Source of the DNA: Haliotis rubra
Taxonomy: Eukaryota
Assembly: GCF_003918875.1 (NCBI RefSeq)
Contig: NW_025767114.1
Span: forward strand, 248,001-312,000
Length of the DNA: 64,000 nt
Direction of reading: 5' to 3'
The notes below the pieces were generated by a model that saw nothing but the letters and a program-made list of their open reading frames with translations, was not told the DNA's origin and made no database searches. Shown here in pieces: positions 25,503-39,062 of this stretch (its first letter is position 1; each line of letters starts with the position of its first letter). Made by a program: the position numbers and the translations under genes.

Positions 25503-26278
25503 GATAAATACGTCTGTAAATGATTCCAAGACCGTACAGCATTGCAGTGGTGCGTATCTGCTAAGTTTTCTAAATTATTTCCTACCGTATCGTGCATATT
25601 TTTTATCCGTACATACGGCCGATACGGCCCTTATCTGGAGCCCTGTCCATTGTTAATACATATTTGCAACACATAAAAAGCAGCATGACAGAACACCTAC
25701 CGGTATATACTTATTTACCCCTTGCAATGAAAACAAAATATTTAGTGTAAAACATTACCATGAACAGACTCCAATTAAGAAGCAAATTAATTATGAATCT
25801 AAAAATGCTGTTGGAACCTAGCACAGTAATTACTGCTTGTTGTTTGTTGACTCTATTTCCATGGCGACAACAGGAGCTGGGTTACAAATACCACCGACCT
25901 GTACACGATGCAGTATTCATGTTCCTCACACTGCGAGTGCCCTGTGTTTGGACCAAGCTCTCACTGCTGTTTATTATAACACTGTAAGTCAGTATAGTGT
26001 TTGTTTGTTGTTTAATACTGAACTCAGCAATAGTCCTGCCATATGACGGCAGCCTGAATGATGGACCAGACATTCCAGTGATTGCAACATGAGCATCAAT
26101 TGCCATGTGATGACATGCATGAACCAAGTCAGTGAGCATGATGACTCAATTCTGTGATTGAAGGGTTGCAATGCCCAATACATTCTCACAGAAACTCTCA
26201 AACTGATGCAAGAGCTGTATAACTCCAACAACAGAATCATAGATAACAGTATATGATTCATCAATCACCCCAATTTCT

Positions 26279-26455
26279 GAGTGAGTGAGTCAGTATGGTT
26301 TTATGCCGCTTATAGCAATATTCCATCAATATCATGGCGGGAGACACCAGAAATGAGCTTCACATATTGTACTCATGTGGGGAAACGAACCTGGGTCTTC
26401 GGCGCGTTGAGCCAACGCTTTAACCACTAGGCTAACCCAAACCCCCACCCCACCC
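26279..26455 (-). mobile_element. SINE family A
   Basis: Similarity to 2067-2233. Confidence 0.85.
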
Positions 26456-26526
26456 ACACACCTTCTGATGGGAGACCCCAACAACAGAATCATAGATAAC
26501 AGTATATGACTTATCAAAGACCCCAC

Positions 26527-26669
26527 CTTCTGATGGAGACCCCTCCATGCTGAACTTGACTGGCGTAGGACGAACAAGGTTGACATTGCTGGTGGGGGCG
26601 GCAGTGGTGATGTGGTCGGTCATAGGGGCGGGGCTTCTCCTCCTTAGTAGGGCCTGGAGCTCCTTTGGC
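26527..26669 (-). CDS. DCP1: DCP1 coding exon (apparent +1 frameshift near 26625-26633, or alternative acceptor with exon start at 26653)
   Basis: AKGAPGPTKEEKPRP in one frame, then MTDHITTAAPTSNVNLVRPTPVKFSMEGSPSE in the next. Donor GAAG|gtgggg is phase 1 and matches the next exon. The exon is 143 nt, one more than the phases require. Confidence 0.7.
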
Positions 26670-26782
26670 CTGTTGACGATGATGGAACCATTTGAAATGA
26701 GGGAAGCTAACAACTGCTTGTAACTGAACAACAATCATAATTGGAAGACACCATAATACATCAGATGCAAAGTCTGGAGATC

Positions 26783-27690
26783 CTTCACTTCTAAGAGCTC
26801 CTACACTTCCAAGAGAACCTACATGTCCAAGAGCTCCTACACTTCCAAGAGATCCTACATTTCCAAGAGCTTCTTAACTTCCAAAAGCTCCTACACTTTC
26901 AAGAGCTCCTACACTTCCAAGACCTTTATACTTCCAAGAGATCCTACATTTCCAAGAGCTTCTTAACTTCCAAAAGCTCCTACACTTCCAAGACCTTCTA
27001 TACTTCCAAGAACTCCTACATTTCCAAGAGCTTCCTAACTTCCAAAAGCTCCTACACTTCCAAGAGCTCCTACACTTCCAAAACCTTCTATACTTCCAAG
27101 AGATCCTATATTACCAAGAGCTCCTACACTTCCAAGAGCTCCTACACTTCCAAGAGCTCCTACACTTCCAAGAGCTCCTACACTTCCAAGAGCTCCTACA
27201 CTTCCAAGAGCTCCTACACTTTCAAGAGCTCCTACACTTCCAAGAGCTCCTACACTTCCAAAACCTTCTATACTTCCAAGAGCTCCTACATTTCCAAGAG
27301 CTCCTACACTTCCAAGAGGCTCACTTACACTTCCACACTTCCAAAACCTTCTACACTTCCAAGAGCTCCTACATTTCCAAGAGCTCCTACACTTTCAAGA
27401 GCTCCTACACTTCCAAAACCTTCTACACTTCCAAGAGATCCTACATTTCCAAGAGCTCCTACACTTTCAAGAGCTCCTACATTTCCAAGAGCTTCCTAAC
27501 TTGCAAAAGCTCCTACACTTCCAAGAACTTCTATACTTCCAAGAGATCCTACATTTCCAAGAGCTCCTACACTTCCAAGACATCCTACACTTCTCAAAGC
27601 TCCTCAACTTCCAAGACATCCTACATTTCCAAAAGTTCCTACACGTCCACACTTCCAAAAGATCCTACACTTCCAAGAGCTGGTACACTT
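26783..27690. repeat. 18-bp minisatellite (TTCCAAGAGCTCCTACAC)n
   Basis: Tandem periodicity. Confidence 0.95.
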
Positions 27691-28244
27691 GACATAACAG
27701 CTAAGACAGCTACTGTGGTGATGGTGTTTGAGTACTTGGTACATATGTATGTATATCTTTGTTTAATATGACAAATAGTACCAGACAATAATAACAGAGG
27801 TATATTGGGGCTACTTTCACTGTGGTATTGAAACAACTCGCTACACTATTGTATAGCATTGTATATTGTCAGCTATTGTAGTGGTAGAGATTTATTTTGT
27901 ATTCAATCAACATTTAGGTTTGCTGATTATATTATACAATGTAACAGAAAGGAATACATTATTTATCAAGATTGTAAAGTCAACTATTTTACTCCCTGTT
28001 GCTACTCAACACAAATAGAAGTAACTGTCATCAGGAGTTGTTGTTATTGCTAATCAACACAAGGCCGGATTGAAATTTGACTGTTTTCTGATGCATAATT
28101 TATTCTTAACTAGTTGTGACTAATGAGATAATTAAACTTTATGTATAGTTATGACATTACAACAGGTGTTTGTAAACTCCTACAGTACACTAGTAGAACA
28201 AACAATTCATGTTTCAACTTCTCCTTATGCTCCTAATTATTTAC

Positions 28245-28434
28245 CTTGACATATTCACTCTGAGCCTTGGTCAACATCTGCATAATGTCCACCTGCCCTT
28301 CACCTGGCTGGGTCCCAGGTGGCTTGTCTCGACCAATCATTTGCTTGGTAAGGTCAACTGGTTCTGGCGCCTTCTGGACTGGAGCTGGAACCTTGATGCC
28401 CTGGTCAGCCTTGCCCACAGCTACATGAAGAAAC
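28245..28434 (-). CDS. DCP1: DCP1 coding exon with motif-I/HLM-like helix
   Basis: FLHVAVGKADQ...GQVDIMQMLTKAQSEYVK resembles vertebrate DCP1A ILEMLSRAKDEY. Acceptor ttccag, donor gtaaat, 190 nt, phase 2 to 0. Confidence 0.9.
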
Positions 28435-28583
28435 CTGGAATAACAGGAGGAAACTCTAGTTATTCTCTGTTGGAAAAAGATTTTATCCATGCGGGGAATC
28501 AAACCTGGATCTTCAGCATGACGAGTTAATGTTTTAACCACTAGAATATCCCACCGCCCTGCCTGTATGTGAGTCCCCTTACA

Positions 28584-29240
28584 ATGATGCCTGTAGGTGA
28601 CGCCCCTTAGGCCAATGTCCGTAGGTGAGTCCCATTAGGCCAATGCCTGTAGCAGACCACCCTCAGACCAATGCCTGTAGGTGAGATGTCTAGGCCAATG
28701 ACTGTATGTGAGATCTCTAAGAAAAATTCTTGTAGGTGAGGTCTCTAGGCCAATGCCTGTAGGTGAAATTTCTAAGAACAATGCCTGTAGGTGAGATCTC
28801 TAGGCCAATGCCTGTAGGTGAAATTTCTAAGAACAATGCCTGTAGGTGAGATCTCTAAGAACAATGCCTGCAGGTGAGATCTCTAGGCCAATGCCTGTAG
28901 GTGAAATTTCTAAGAACAATGCCTGTAGGTGAGATCTCTAAGAACAATGCCTGTAGGTGAGATCTCTAGGCCAGTGCCTGTAGGTGAGATCTCTAAGAAC
29001 AATGCCTGTAGGTGAGATCTCAAGAACAATGCCTGTAGGTGAGATCTCAAAGAACAATGCCTGTAGGTGAGATCTCTAAGAACAATGCCTGTAGGTGAGA
29101 TCTCTAGGCCAATGCCTGTAGGTGTGATCTCTAGGCCAGTGCCTGTAGGCGAAATTTCTAAGAACAATGCCTGTAGGTGAGATCTCTAAGAACAATGCCT
29201 GTAGGTGAGATCTGTAGGCCAGTGCTTGTAGGTGAGATCT
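28584..29240. repeat. 27/28-bp minisatellite (AATGCCTGTAGGTGAGATCTCTA[GGCC/AGAAC])n
   Basis: Tandem periodicity with two interspersed variants. Confidence 0.95.
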
Positions 29241-30699
29241 CTTCAGAATGTAGGTGTGTGAGAGAGGAGGCTGGTATCAGTATACCAACACATACCTACA
29301 AGCAGTCGGTACCCACACTTGTGGATATAAACCAAGATGGAGGATATGATAACATTGCAGCCATTCCCTCCAGGGCTGGCCGTGTGTAGCCTGGGACTTG
29401 CTCCACTGCCATGTTGAATACAGCAGCTCAGGCAGCAGTTGATGGGAACATATATGCTGCCTTAATTATTCAAGTTCACAAACCTGGTTCCCATCCACAA
29501 GGTGTTCATACCATCATAATAACACATAGTTTATAATAGGATCATGAATGACGCAGCACCATGAATGCTTGTAGGATTTGGCACCACAGCTATAATTTTC
29601 TTGAGCTAAAGCATAAGTAAGTTGCACTAATGATTTGTACAATCCTCCAGTGACGAGGTAATCGACAGCAGAGACAAATTCCTGCAAACGTATAATCATT
29701 ATCAACAACTCTTCTTTATCCTGAACAAAAAAAAATCTGATTTTCAACACATACTTTGTAATGAATGCAGCTTAACAAGGCAAACAATTTGATTTGACTA
29801 CAGGATGTTCAATGAACTACCTCATCACAGCATATGTCATCTACTATGTGCAAAGCTTTTGTTATATTAATGGACAGAGAAAACTGTTCATCACAGTGAT
29901 CCGTTATGTGTAGACCTAAAGCACTTCACCAGTCGTGTGAAGACATGAAATATTCAGTGCAGTAAAGATACTACAGTGACCAGAGTGTACTTGGACTTGC
30001 AACACTATGAGCTTCAAACAAAATAATTCATGATATGTACTTAAATCAGTATTAAAATTTGATACAAGTGTACTGTGCAAGGTACTGATTTAGATTTACA
30101 GAAACATCATTCACTTCCTGTTTGATGACAGCAACATCCTCTTCACCTGATTCTGGTTTCCCATATGACATTAATGGCCTTGAACCAGGCCCATGTGCCA
30201 AATATAATACCGAGTCACCAAGAATAATACTTTCCATGTTGCACATATAGGGACTTGAACCAGGGCTCAATGTATGAGTGTAATCATTAACCACTAGACC
30301 ATCTCACCATCCCTTAAGATACAATATTACCAAAATGAATGCCATACTTAGCAACAACCTAGTTATAAAGCAATGGCCTGTAAACAACCTGGGTTGAACT
30401 TCTGTAAGGTACACAAGTTGTTTGTCACATGTACATTGCCGATCTGGGTGTAATGATGCACAATCATCCAGTTCTCTACTGTGATCATCTATCCTCATTT
30501 AGTTTGTTCTCACAACATGTATGGAGTGCTGGGGACTTACTCTGCAAAAGAACTCTAAAATGGTGGAAAATCACAACCCATGTATGTAACAATCCCGTGA
30601 CACTGATGAGCACCTGTTACCACCATCCCTGCTTCTCTTGGAAGCACCTGTAATTGCTAGTTTATCTTCTCTAAGAGACACAAGAACAAGACCTGCTTG

Positions 30700-31180
30700 C
30701 CTGTGTACATGTGCAACTTTCTTGAAGACAACATGCCCCCAAACAAAGTAGATTTTGATAATAGCCTCGTTGCCTGATGACACAAGTACATGTGCAAGTT
30801 TCTTGAACACAAAATCCCCCAAACACAGTAGATTTTGATAATCGCCTCGTTGCCTGATCACACAAGTACTTGTGCAAGTTTCTTGAAGACAACATCCCCT
30901 CAAACACAGTAGATCATGAAGACAACCCTGTTGCATGATGACACAAGTATATGGGTATGTTTCTTGAAGACAACATGGCCCCAATTCAGTGGAACATGAA
31001 GACAACCCTTTTGCATGATGACACAATTGACATGACACCTGAAGACAAAATGCCCATGGAGACACAAGAACACACCTCTGAAGAACACGCCCCAATTAAA
31101 CACCTATGAAGAACACGCACCAATTGCCTGATGACAACATGTGGCGAACCTGAAGACAAGAGGCTGATGAACACTAACCC
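30700..31180. repeat. Degenerate tandem repeat (~80-bp unit, gaagacaac/gatgacacaa motifs)
   Basis: Three to four recognisable copies decaying rightwards. Confidence 0.7.
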
Positions 31181-32471
31181 ACATCCATGTGCTCCTTTGT
31201 AATCATGGTTTGTCTGATGGAATGTGCTTGCTTTCTTGTCAAGATAACCTATTTTCACCACTCCTCAGTTCATAAACCAGTCCAGAGAACTCTTTCAGCG
31301 TCATAGATACCATCACGGCAATATTGTTACCCTTCAGGAAATTGGAATGAGGTATGAAACAAGCAGAACACAAGCATCTGATTGGCCACCCAGATAGCAC
31401 ATTTGACAATCAGGAACACAACAGTACAAGTATTTATGAGTCCGAAACTGTGACCCTGGCAAACAGATGATTCCTGTTTAACCATGCATCCTTAAAGTAT
31501 AGAAGGTAATCTGTAGGAAAGCTTCCCCTTATGATCTTAGGATGAAAGTAAAGTGATCGAATTAGATGATGTAACATATGTTATATTTGAAGATTACACT
31601 TCCTCAGTGGAGATGATGAAAAGAATTTGATAAGGCTTTGCATCTGCAGCTTGAGTCTGCACATGGAAAAATGAGGAATCGGTCAAAGGTTAATAGTTAC
31701 TCATCAGCATTGCAGGCATGACGCCACAGGAAACATGGCATTCATAAAACCTTCAGCGTTTCAAAGAAAACTGGAACAGCTGTCAGAATCTAAAATCTGG
31801 GGATTGACAATTTGTTGTAACATAGGTGAATATTGAGCTGTAGGATGTTCTGAACAGAATTTGAGATGAAATAAGGTTGTCCACTCAATGTGTACAGAAA
31901 GTCCACGATATGGACTACAGTGTTATTGAAACCACCAGCCTTTGAAATTACCCACTAGTCGTCCGTGATACTATTCACTAGTCGTCTGTGATACTACTCA
32001 CTAGTTGTCCATAAGATTATTCAGTTGTGCTGATGACAAGTGAAGTTCACAATGACAGCCCTCATGGATGAATAGTCTTTGCGAGCTATAATTCTGAACC
32101 AGTTCTAAATGTCTCAACAGCTTTCTTCAACTTGAATCATTATAAAACTTTTGTGGAAACGTGATAAACTTTTCTTGATGTCTCGGCAGGACTGGCTTCA
32201 AACTTTGAGAACTAGTGTTACCTATCTTGTATGATAATCCATGTCAAGCCTATCCTGATTGGTCAGGGGAGGCAATCCGGCAGAGTGAGATACACCCATA
32301 CTACCAGGGCATTGGTGAGCAATAATGAGAAGATCCTGTGGTTCTTCGAGCCTGTCTTCATCAGCGATGGAATCTGGGGAACTCTTCCTGTCAACTTTCA
32401 ACATTCGCTTATGACAAAACCCTTGATGTTCATACTGATTTTTGAATACTGAACTCAATCAAATAGGTAAC

Positions 32472-32814
32472 CAGTGTTCGCGAATAGTGTCTGACCCTCT
32501 GACAAATCCGGCAGATTCGCCAACGGTTCGATAGAAGTCTACAAACCACCGGCCCCAGTGTCCGACTGTATATTTCACAATGACTTTGACTGAAGTTGTT
32601 ACATGTGACATGTGACACTTGTTTGCTGTTTATTTTATCTTATTTTTTCTTATGTTAGTAAATAATTACAATGCCAATTATAAGAACTGTTAAATCTGAA
32701 ATGTGTGTTTAATTTTATTCCATGGGTCCTGTGAATTTTCAATGGGTCAGACAGACATCTTAAACTTACAGGACCCAATGTCCTGTTACTTTGAAACACC
32801 ATTCGTGAACACTG
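32472..32814. mobile_element. hAT-like MITE with apparent 6-bp TSD
   Basis: TIRs cagtgttcgcgaatagtgt / acaccattcgtgaacactg, with ggtaac immediately on both sides. Confidence 0.75.
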
Positions 32815-33735
32815 GGTAACAGGATGAAAAAGAGTTTCAGACTGAAAAAATCAAGTTAGAAGTCTGTGAACCACTCTTTGAACTGAAGCTATGCAAACAG
32901 TAAGCTACTTACAGGTGTTGACATTTACTGTTTTGTTAGAGCAACGTTACAGTGTTGAGGTGTAAATTAGTTAACCATTGGCTGAGCAAACAACACATTT
33001 TTTAACTGTTGACTTTGACGGTTTACACCACAAAACTCTCAATAATTACTTGTCCATCATCCAAGTCCACACATAACTTATACAAATCCCTCTTTCTCAT
33101 CGACTACAAAAAGCCATTATGTTATTTTTCTAACCCACCATAGGTCCAAGTGTGTGTACTCCGTTTTGTTACATCTCTAATTTCAGACAAAACAGCATTA
33201 TGGATGTCCTCATCTACAAATGTAGAAAACCAGCCTGCTTTGAAGTTTTCACAGTGCTGAAGTATGTACAATGTTTTGTGATTACCTCCATTTCATTACA
33301 ACTGTATTTACCTGGAAAGTCCCCAAACATTGCTTGCTCACATGTCACCTACTCTGAACTGAATATATGGAAACTGAAATCTAGCATAAAATAACACTGT
33401 CTTGATCTATTCCAAATGTGTCATCTTCTTCTTCAGACAATATGATATGATGATTGTTTAATGCCACTTTTAGCTATATTCCAGCTTTGTGGTGCGGCCT
33501 GGTAATAATCAAGTCGGGACCAGACAATCCAGTGACTGAATGATCCATACCATCAGGGTACGATGACCCACTGTGATCCTAACCACAGGGGTTGACCTCC
33601 CAAGCCATTTGGTCGCCAATAATGGCCAGCATGTGTTGCTGGGGACCTATTTCTTGCAAATGTTATATGAAAGAATATCTGAAAACAAAGGGCCGACTGT
33701 GGCTTAGATGTATTCCAGGTGCATATTATTTGCCT

Positions 33736-34965
33736 AAATCACTGACAGAAACAGAGCATGTAATCACAGAATGAAACAGAGCATGTAATCATTGACAGAA
33801 ACAGAGCATATAATCACTGACAGAAACAGAGCATGTAATCACTGACAGAAACAGAGCATGTAATCATTGACAGAAACAGAGCATGTAATCACAGACAGAA
33901 ACAGAGCATGTAATCACTGACAGAAACAGAGCATGTAATCACTGACAAAAACAGAGCATGTAATCACTGACAGAAACAGAGCATGTAATCACTGACAGAA
34001 ACAGAGCATATAATCACTGACAGAAACAGAGCATGTAATCACTGACAGAAACAGAGCATGTAATCACTGACAGAAACAGAGCATGTAATCACTGACAGAA
34101 ACAGAGCATGTAATCACTGACAGAAACAGAGCATGTAATCACTGACAGAAACAGAGCATGTCATCACAGACAAAAACAGAGCATGTAATCACTGACAGAA
34201 ACAGAGCATATAATCACTGACAGAAACAGAGCATGTCATCACAGACAAAAACAGAGCATGTAATCACTGACAGAAACAGAGCAGAGCATGTAATCACTGA
34301 CAGAAACAGAGCATGTCATCACTGACAGAAACAGAGCATGTCATCACTGACAGAAACAGAGCATGTAATCACTGACAGAAACAGAGCATGTAATCACTGA
34401 CAGAAACAGAGCATGTAATCACTGACAGAAACAGAGCATGTAATCACTGACAGAAACAGAGCATGTAATCACTGACAGAAACAGAGCATGTAATCACTGA
34501 CAGAAACAGAGCATGTAATCACTGACAGAAACAGAGCATGTCATCACTGACAGAAACAGAGCAACATCACAGACAGAAATGAGAGCGTAATCACTGACAG
34601 AAACAGAGCATGTAATCACTGACAGAAACAGAGCATGTAATCACTGACAGAAACAGAGCATATAATCACTGACAGAAACAGAGCGTGTAATCACTGACAG
34701 AAACAGAGCTGACAGAAACAGAGCATATAATCACTGACAGAAACAGAGCATGTAATCACTGACAGAAACAGAGCATGTAATCACTGACAGAAACAGAGCA
34801 TGTAATCACTGACAGAAACAGAGCATGTAATCACTGACAGAAACAGAGCATGTAATCACTGACAGAAACAGAGCATGTCATCACAGACAGAAACAGAGCA
34901 TGTAATCACTGACAGAAACAGAGCATGTAATCACTGACAGAAACAGAGCATGTAATCACTGACAC
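33736..34965. repeat. 25-bp minisatellite (TAATCACTGACAGAAACAGAGCATG)n, ~49 copies
   Basis: Tandem periodicity. Confidence 0.97.
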
Positions 34966-37900
34966 TGAAGACTTCTTAAAGCATGTATAGTACATTAATT
35001 CCAACTAGAAACTGACAAATACAAAATGAGTTACATCGGTAGTATTGAATGGTACTAAATCTGGCTAAATCTAAATCTTAATGGTAAATTTCACATACCA
35101 AGAACCTGTATCAGTTCGATGGATTGGTTCTGTGAGAAGATATAAATTATGAAGAGCGGAAAACAAGAGTCAATGTCAGTTAAGGTCAGGTAGTTTGTGG
35201 GTATGGTATAAAATGTGGATCGGTCCATGGCACTGATCTCAATGATCTCCTGGATATAACATGTGAAACACACCTATAATCACCAGATCATGAGGCACCT
35301 CTGAAACGGACTATAGCGGTACAGTTCTTGCACAAAACATTTTCTAAACATTCTTTGCTCATGCAAACAGATTTAGGTAATTTACCTGCCTCAAATATTT
35401 TGTGAGAACGCTTTTTGAAAGAGGACAGAATAGTTACATAAAGCATTGCCTTCTGTAGGAGTGGCATTCAAACAACTTGGGTCAAGTTGGAACAAATGCA
35501 CCCCAGTTGGAGAAAGCAGAAGAAGAACTAGAGAGAAAATAACACTGACTCTGACAGCTGACATCGCGAGGAAGTAGAAACAGCTGAGACATCACCTGAA
35601 TCCTAGTTTCAAAGGAGAGCTCCACAAGGGAGACAACTCTACTTCACAACTATGCATGTAACATGGAAACCATACATAAAATATGTACGGTGTTATGTTT
35701 GGCATAATGTCATAGAACAAACTGTTTCAGATTTGATTTAATTTAGGAAACCATGTTTAGATACTTAAACAATGTAATGAATACATGTAATGTTTACTAA
35801 TAAGCCCACAAAATGTCTTACTCTGGCTTTAAAACTATGTACAAACATACACAAACTAAACAGCTGTTCTGTTTGTGGGGTTTTCAGTTTTGTGGCTCAA
35901 TAATGCAAACTGAAATGTCATATGAACAAATGTATATTCAAGCAACATGGTATCTTTGAGAATCTACAACATAAACAGAACCTGTGTATTATTCATTAGT
36001 TTCTTCTTAAAATTATTGCCGACATACTGAGAAAAATGTGCCGAAAGCTGGCATGAGTTCTCACAAAACACAAAAGTTTCCAGAAATAACAAAGCTAACC
36101 CAAACAAACTGTTGTCAACAGACCCAACTCTTAGCGAACATATGCAGGATGGCTGTACACATGTTCAAACTTACAGCATATATAAATACCTTCGTCAAAT
36201 GCATGGCTACAATATGGTTCAAGTGCAGCAAATTAATATGCTGATAAAGTAACTCTTGTGCTTCAAAATACTTTTACATTTCACCTTGACGGACCTGAAA
36301 CAACAAACACCCGACTGACTGCACAAACCTGACAGTTCAGAACTATGAAATTGTAGATCCTGCGATGGATGAAAATGGTTGAATTTGTTCAATGTAAAGT
36401 ACATGGAGTTCCATTATTTTGCGTCTGCTTAAGTCTTCGCAACATGTTTACATACCAACATCGTACTGGCACTAATCGATTAAGTAAAACTCTCTCCACT
36501 AACTAATCCATCAAACCTTTTTGAAAGTGAAGAATGTGACAACAGAGCATGTTTTACAAAGCATCAACGGTCTGTGTAAATGACACACTCAGCAGTTTTC
36601 CAGTTGGCGGACTGTAAACATGTCAATTACCAAGTCCGGACCACACAACCCAGTGACTGACATCGTGAGATGTGACCCATCTTCCTAAGGCAAGGGACTT
36701 AACTATAAAACTATAATTAGCTATAAAAGTCCCATTTCCACCCTTGCCAAACAAAGCTGAATGAGGGAGGATTATGTTGGTTGGATTAACATTTTTATAC
36801 ATAGTCCGATCAAAATCAACATTCGGTTCATAAACAACATGGCTACTGCTGTGCAGATTTTGGATGATGGCTGGATTTCCGTAGCATGTAACCCTCAATC
36901 TGGGCTTCTACAGATATTTTTCAAATCTTTTCATGTTTTTAATCAAGAGGCTGAAGTGATTTGATGCACTCCACATGGTAAGACCTGTTATATTGTAACA
37001 GACATCTTGGTTATCAATGAAATAGTCTTAACTGGGTTCAGCCATTTTGTTTAAAGCAAATACAAGTGATGTGAGAGCAGGAATCTGATTGGTCATTAGG
37101 ATGGACATGAAAGGGAAATTACTCATAACAGCAGCTGGTGGCGCTACAATTAATAACCCACGAAATTCTATTCATGATGGGCAAGGGTGGAAACCGGATC
37201 TATAGTGAGTTAACTCCCTTGCCTTAGGAAGGTGCAGGTGACATCAAGGTACAGTACGGCGTCTCAAACAAGTCAGCCTGAACGCTTGATCCATGAAGTC
37301 ACCCTTGATCACCACCAGAGACTGCAAGCTACTTTAAGACTCAGGGATTGGAATATAAATCAACAAAACACAATGAAGGTCAGATGTGGGGACTGTATGA
37401 TGTATGTGTGTATTGTATTATATGACAATACATAACAATAGTAAAGCAATATCAGTGGGGGGACACCATAAATGGGCGTCACAGGTTGTACCCATATGGA
37501 AAAATTGTGGAATCGAATCCAGGGTCTTTTTGGTCTGACAAGCAACTGCTTTAACCATTAGGCCATACCACTGGCGAGAGAAAGAGATGTACAAGTTGTG
37601 AAATCGACCAGCAGATGCGCCATGTAATATATGTCCATCAGATGCCACCTGAGAGGAGATCGTAACATGGGTCATAAAAGTCGGAAGGAAAATACCATCT
37701 CTGACGTCACCTGTACAGCACAATCATCTATCTTTGCTGGATTTATTTTTACACACCAAATTAGTTATCTTGCCACCACAAAGGGAATCGGTTTGTGTTC
37801 CAACTTTCTTTCAACACACTCTTTTCTTTATCTTCATAATTATCACTTTCTCCACAATGCCGTTCATCATGGAATTCTTTGTGTTTTTCACAATGCTCAG

Positions 37901-38894
37901 GCAATCTGTAACAGGTGCATGTCATGCATATTAACTAAAACAGCCTGATACCATGAGTAAATACGTACCCTGCCAACAGGTTCAACATCATGAGATGTTA
38001 ATAGACTTCACAAAATTGGAGTTAATCAAAATGGTGGCTGAAGGTTAAATACTGGGTATAATCTCTAGACAGTTCCGGTATCTCAAGATAATTTTCCCGT
38101 ACATGTAACATATTCATGTGAAATACATGCATGATGAACCTGCTCATATCTGTAACCTGCAGGTACCTTATCTTTGTCTGCTAGGAAGAAGTAAATTTAG
38201 ACTGGAGTTGATATACGCCCCTGCCATCTCATTTTGTAATCATCATAAAACGGGAGATGAAAAATACCCCCTCAAAATAGTGTATTAATAGAGCATCAAA
38301 ATATGCTTATTGGAGGGAAAACATTCTTAGATCTATGAAGTCAAGAAGTTCTTTACAGACTGAGTGGAGTCTATAAGGTCATGTCAGTCTGAAGATAGGA
38401 TTTCCCGTACCATGTAATACTATTAGATGTGAACTGAATCCTGTATCTTTTTAATGGCAATAAATAGAATTCAGGATATAACTGAAGGACTATTGACAAT
38501 GCTCTCTAATGAAAACAGTACATGGCCTATCAATACAATAATGTCTTGTTTACAGCGTCAGGATTGTCCAAGTCACGACATATTCCAACTCATGCATCAG
38601 TACATTATGTTCTGTTTAAGTGTCTGTGGTGCTAAATTAGTTTCAAGGCAAGGGGCTGACCATAAGCTTATCAACACTGATGGCAAACTTAAATGTAAGT
38701 GGATAGGTGTGGGGACAGGGTGTGTGAGGTGAGGGTGGTGTGGGTGGTGAGGGTGATGTTTGGTGATGTTGGTGGCCGTGTGTGTTGCTCATAAGGATAT
38801 CACCACTGACAGTAACTTTAAAGCATGGGGACTCACTCTGGTTACCAACAGTAAGTTGCTCTTCTAGTTGTATGGTAGAGAGTTAGTGTATGAC

Positions 38895-39062
38895 TGACTG
38901 ACTGACTGAGTTTGGTTTTACACCGCTTTTCGCAATATTCCAGCAATATCACGGCGGGGTACACCAGATATGGGCTTCACACATTGTACCCATGTGGGGA
39001 ATCGAACCCGGGTCTTCGGCGAGACGAGCCAACACTTTAACCACTAGGCTACCCCACCGCCC
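38895..39062 (-). mobile_element. SINE family A, full length
   Basis: A and B boxes present; 11-bp TSD tagtgtatgac. Confidence 0.92.

Noticed and set aside
25027-25597. ORFs spanning X runs
   Set aside because: Artefacts of the N gap and the (GAGT)n repeat.
32222-32458. 78-aa minus-strand ORF in the large intron
   Set aside because: No recognisable domain and no convincing phase-compatible splice pair.
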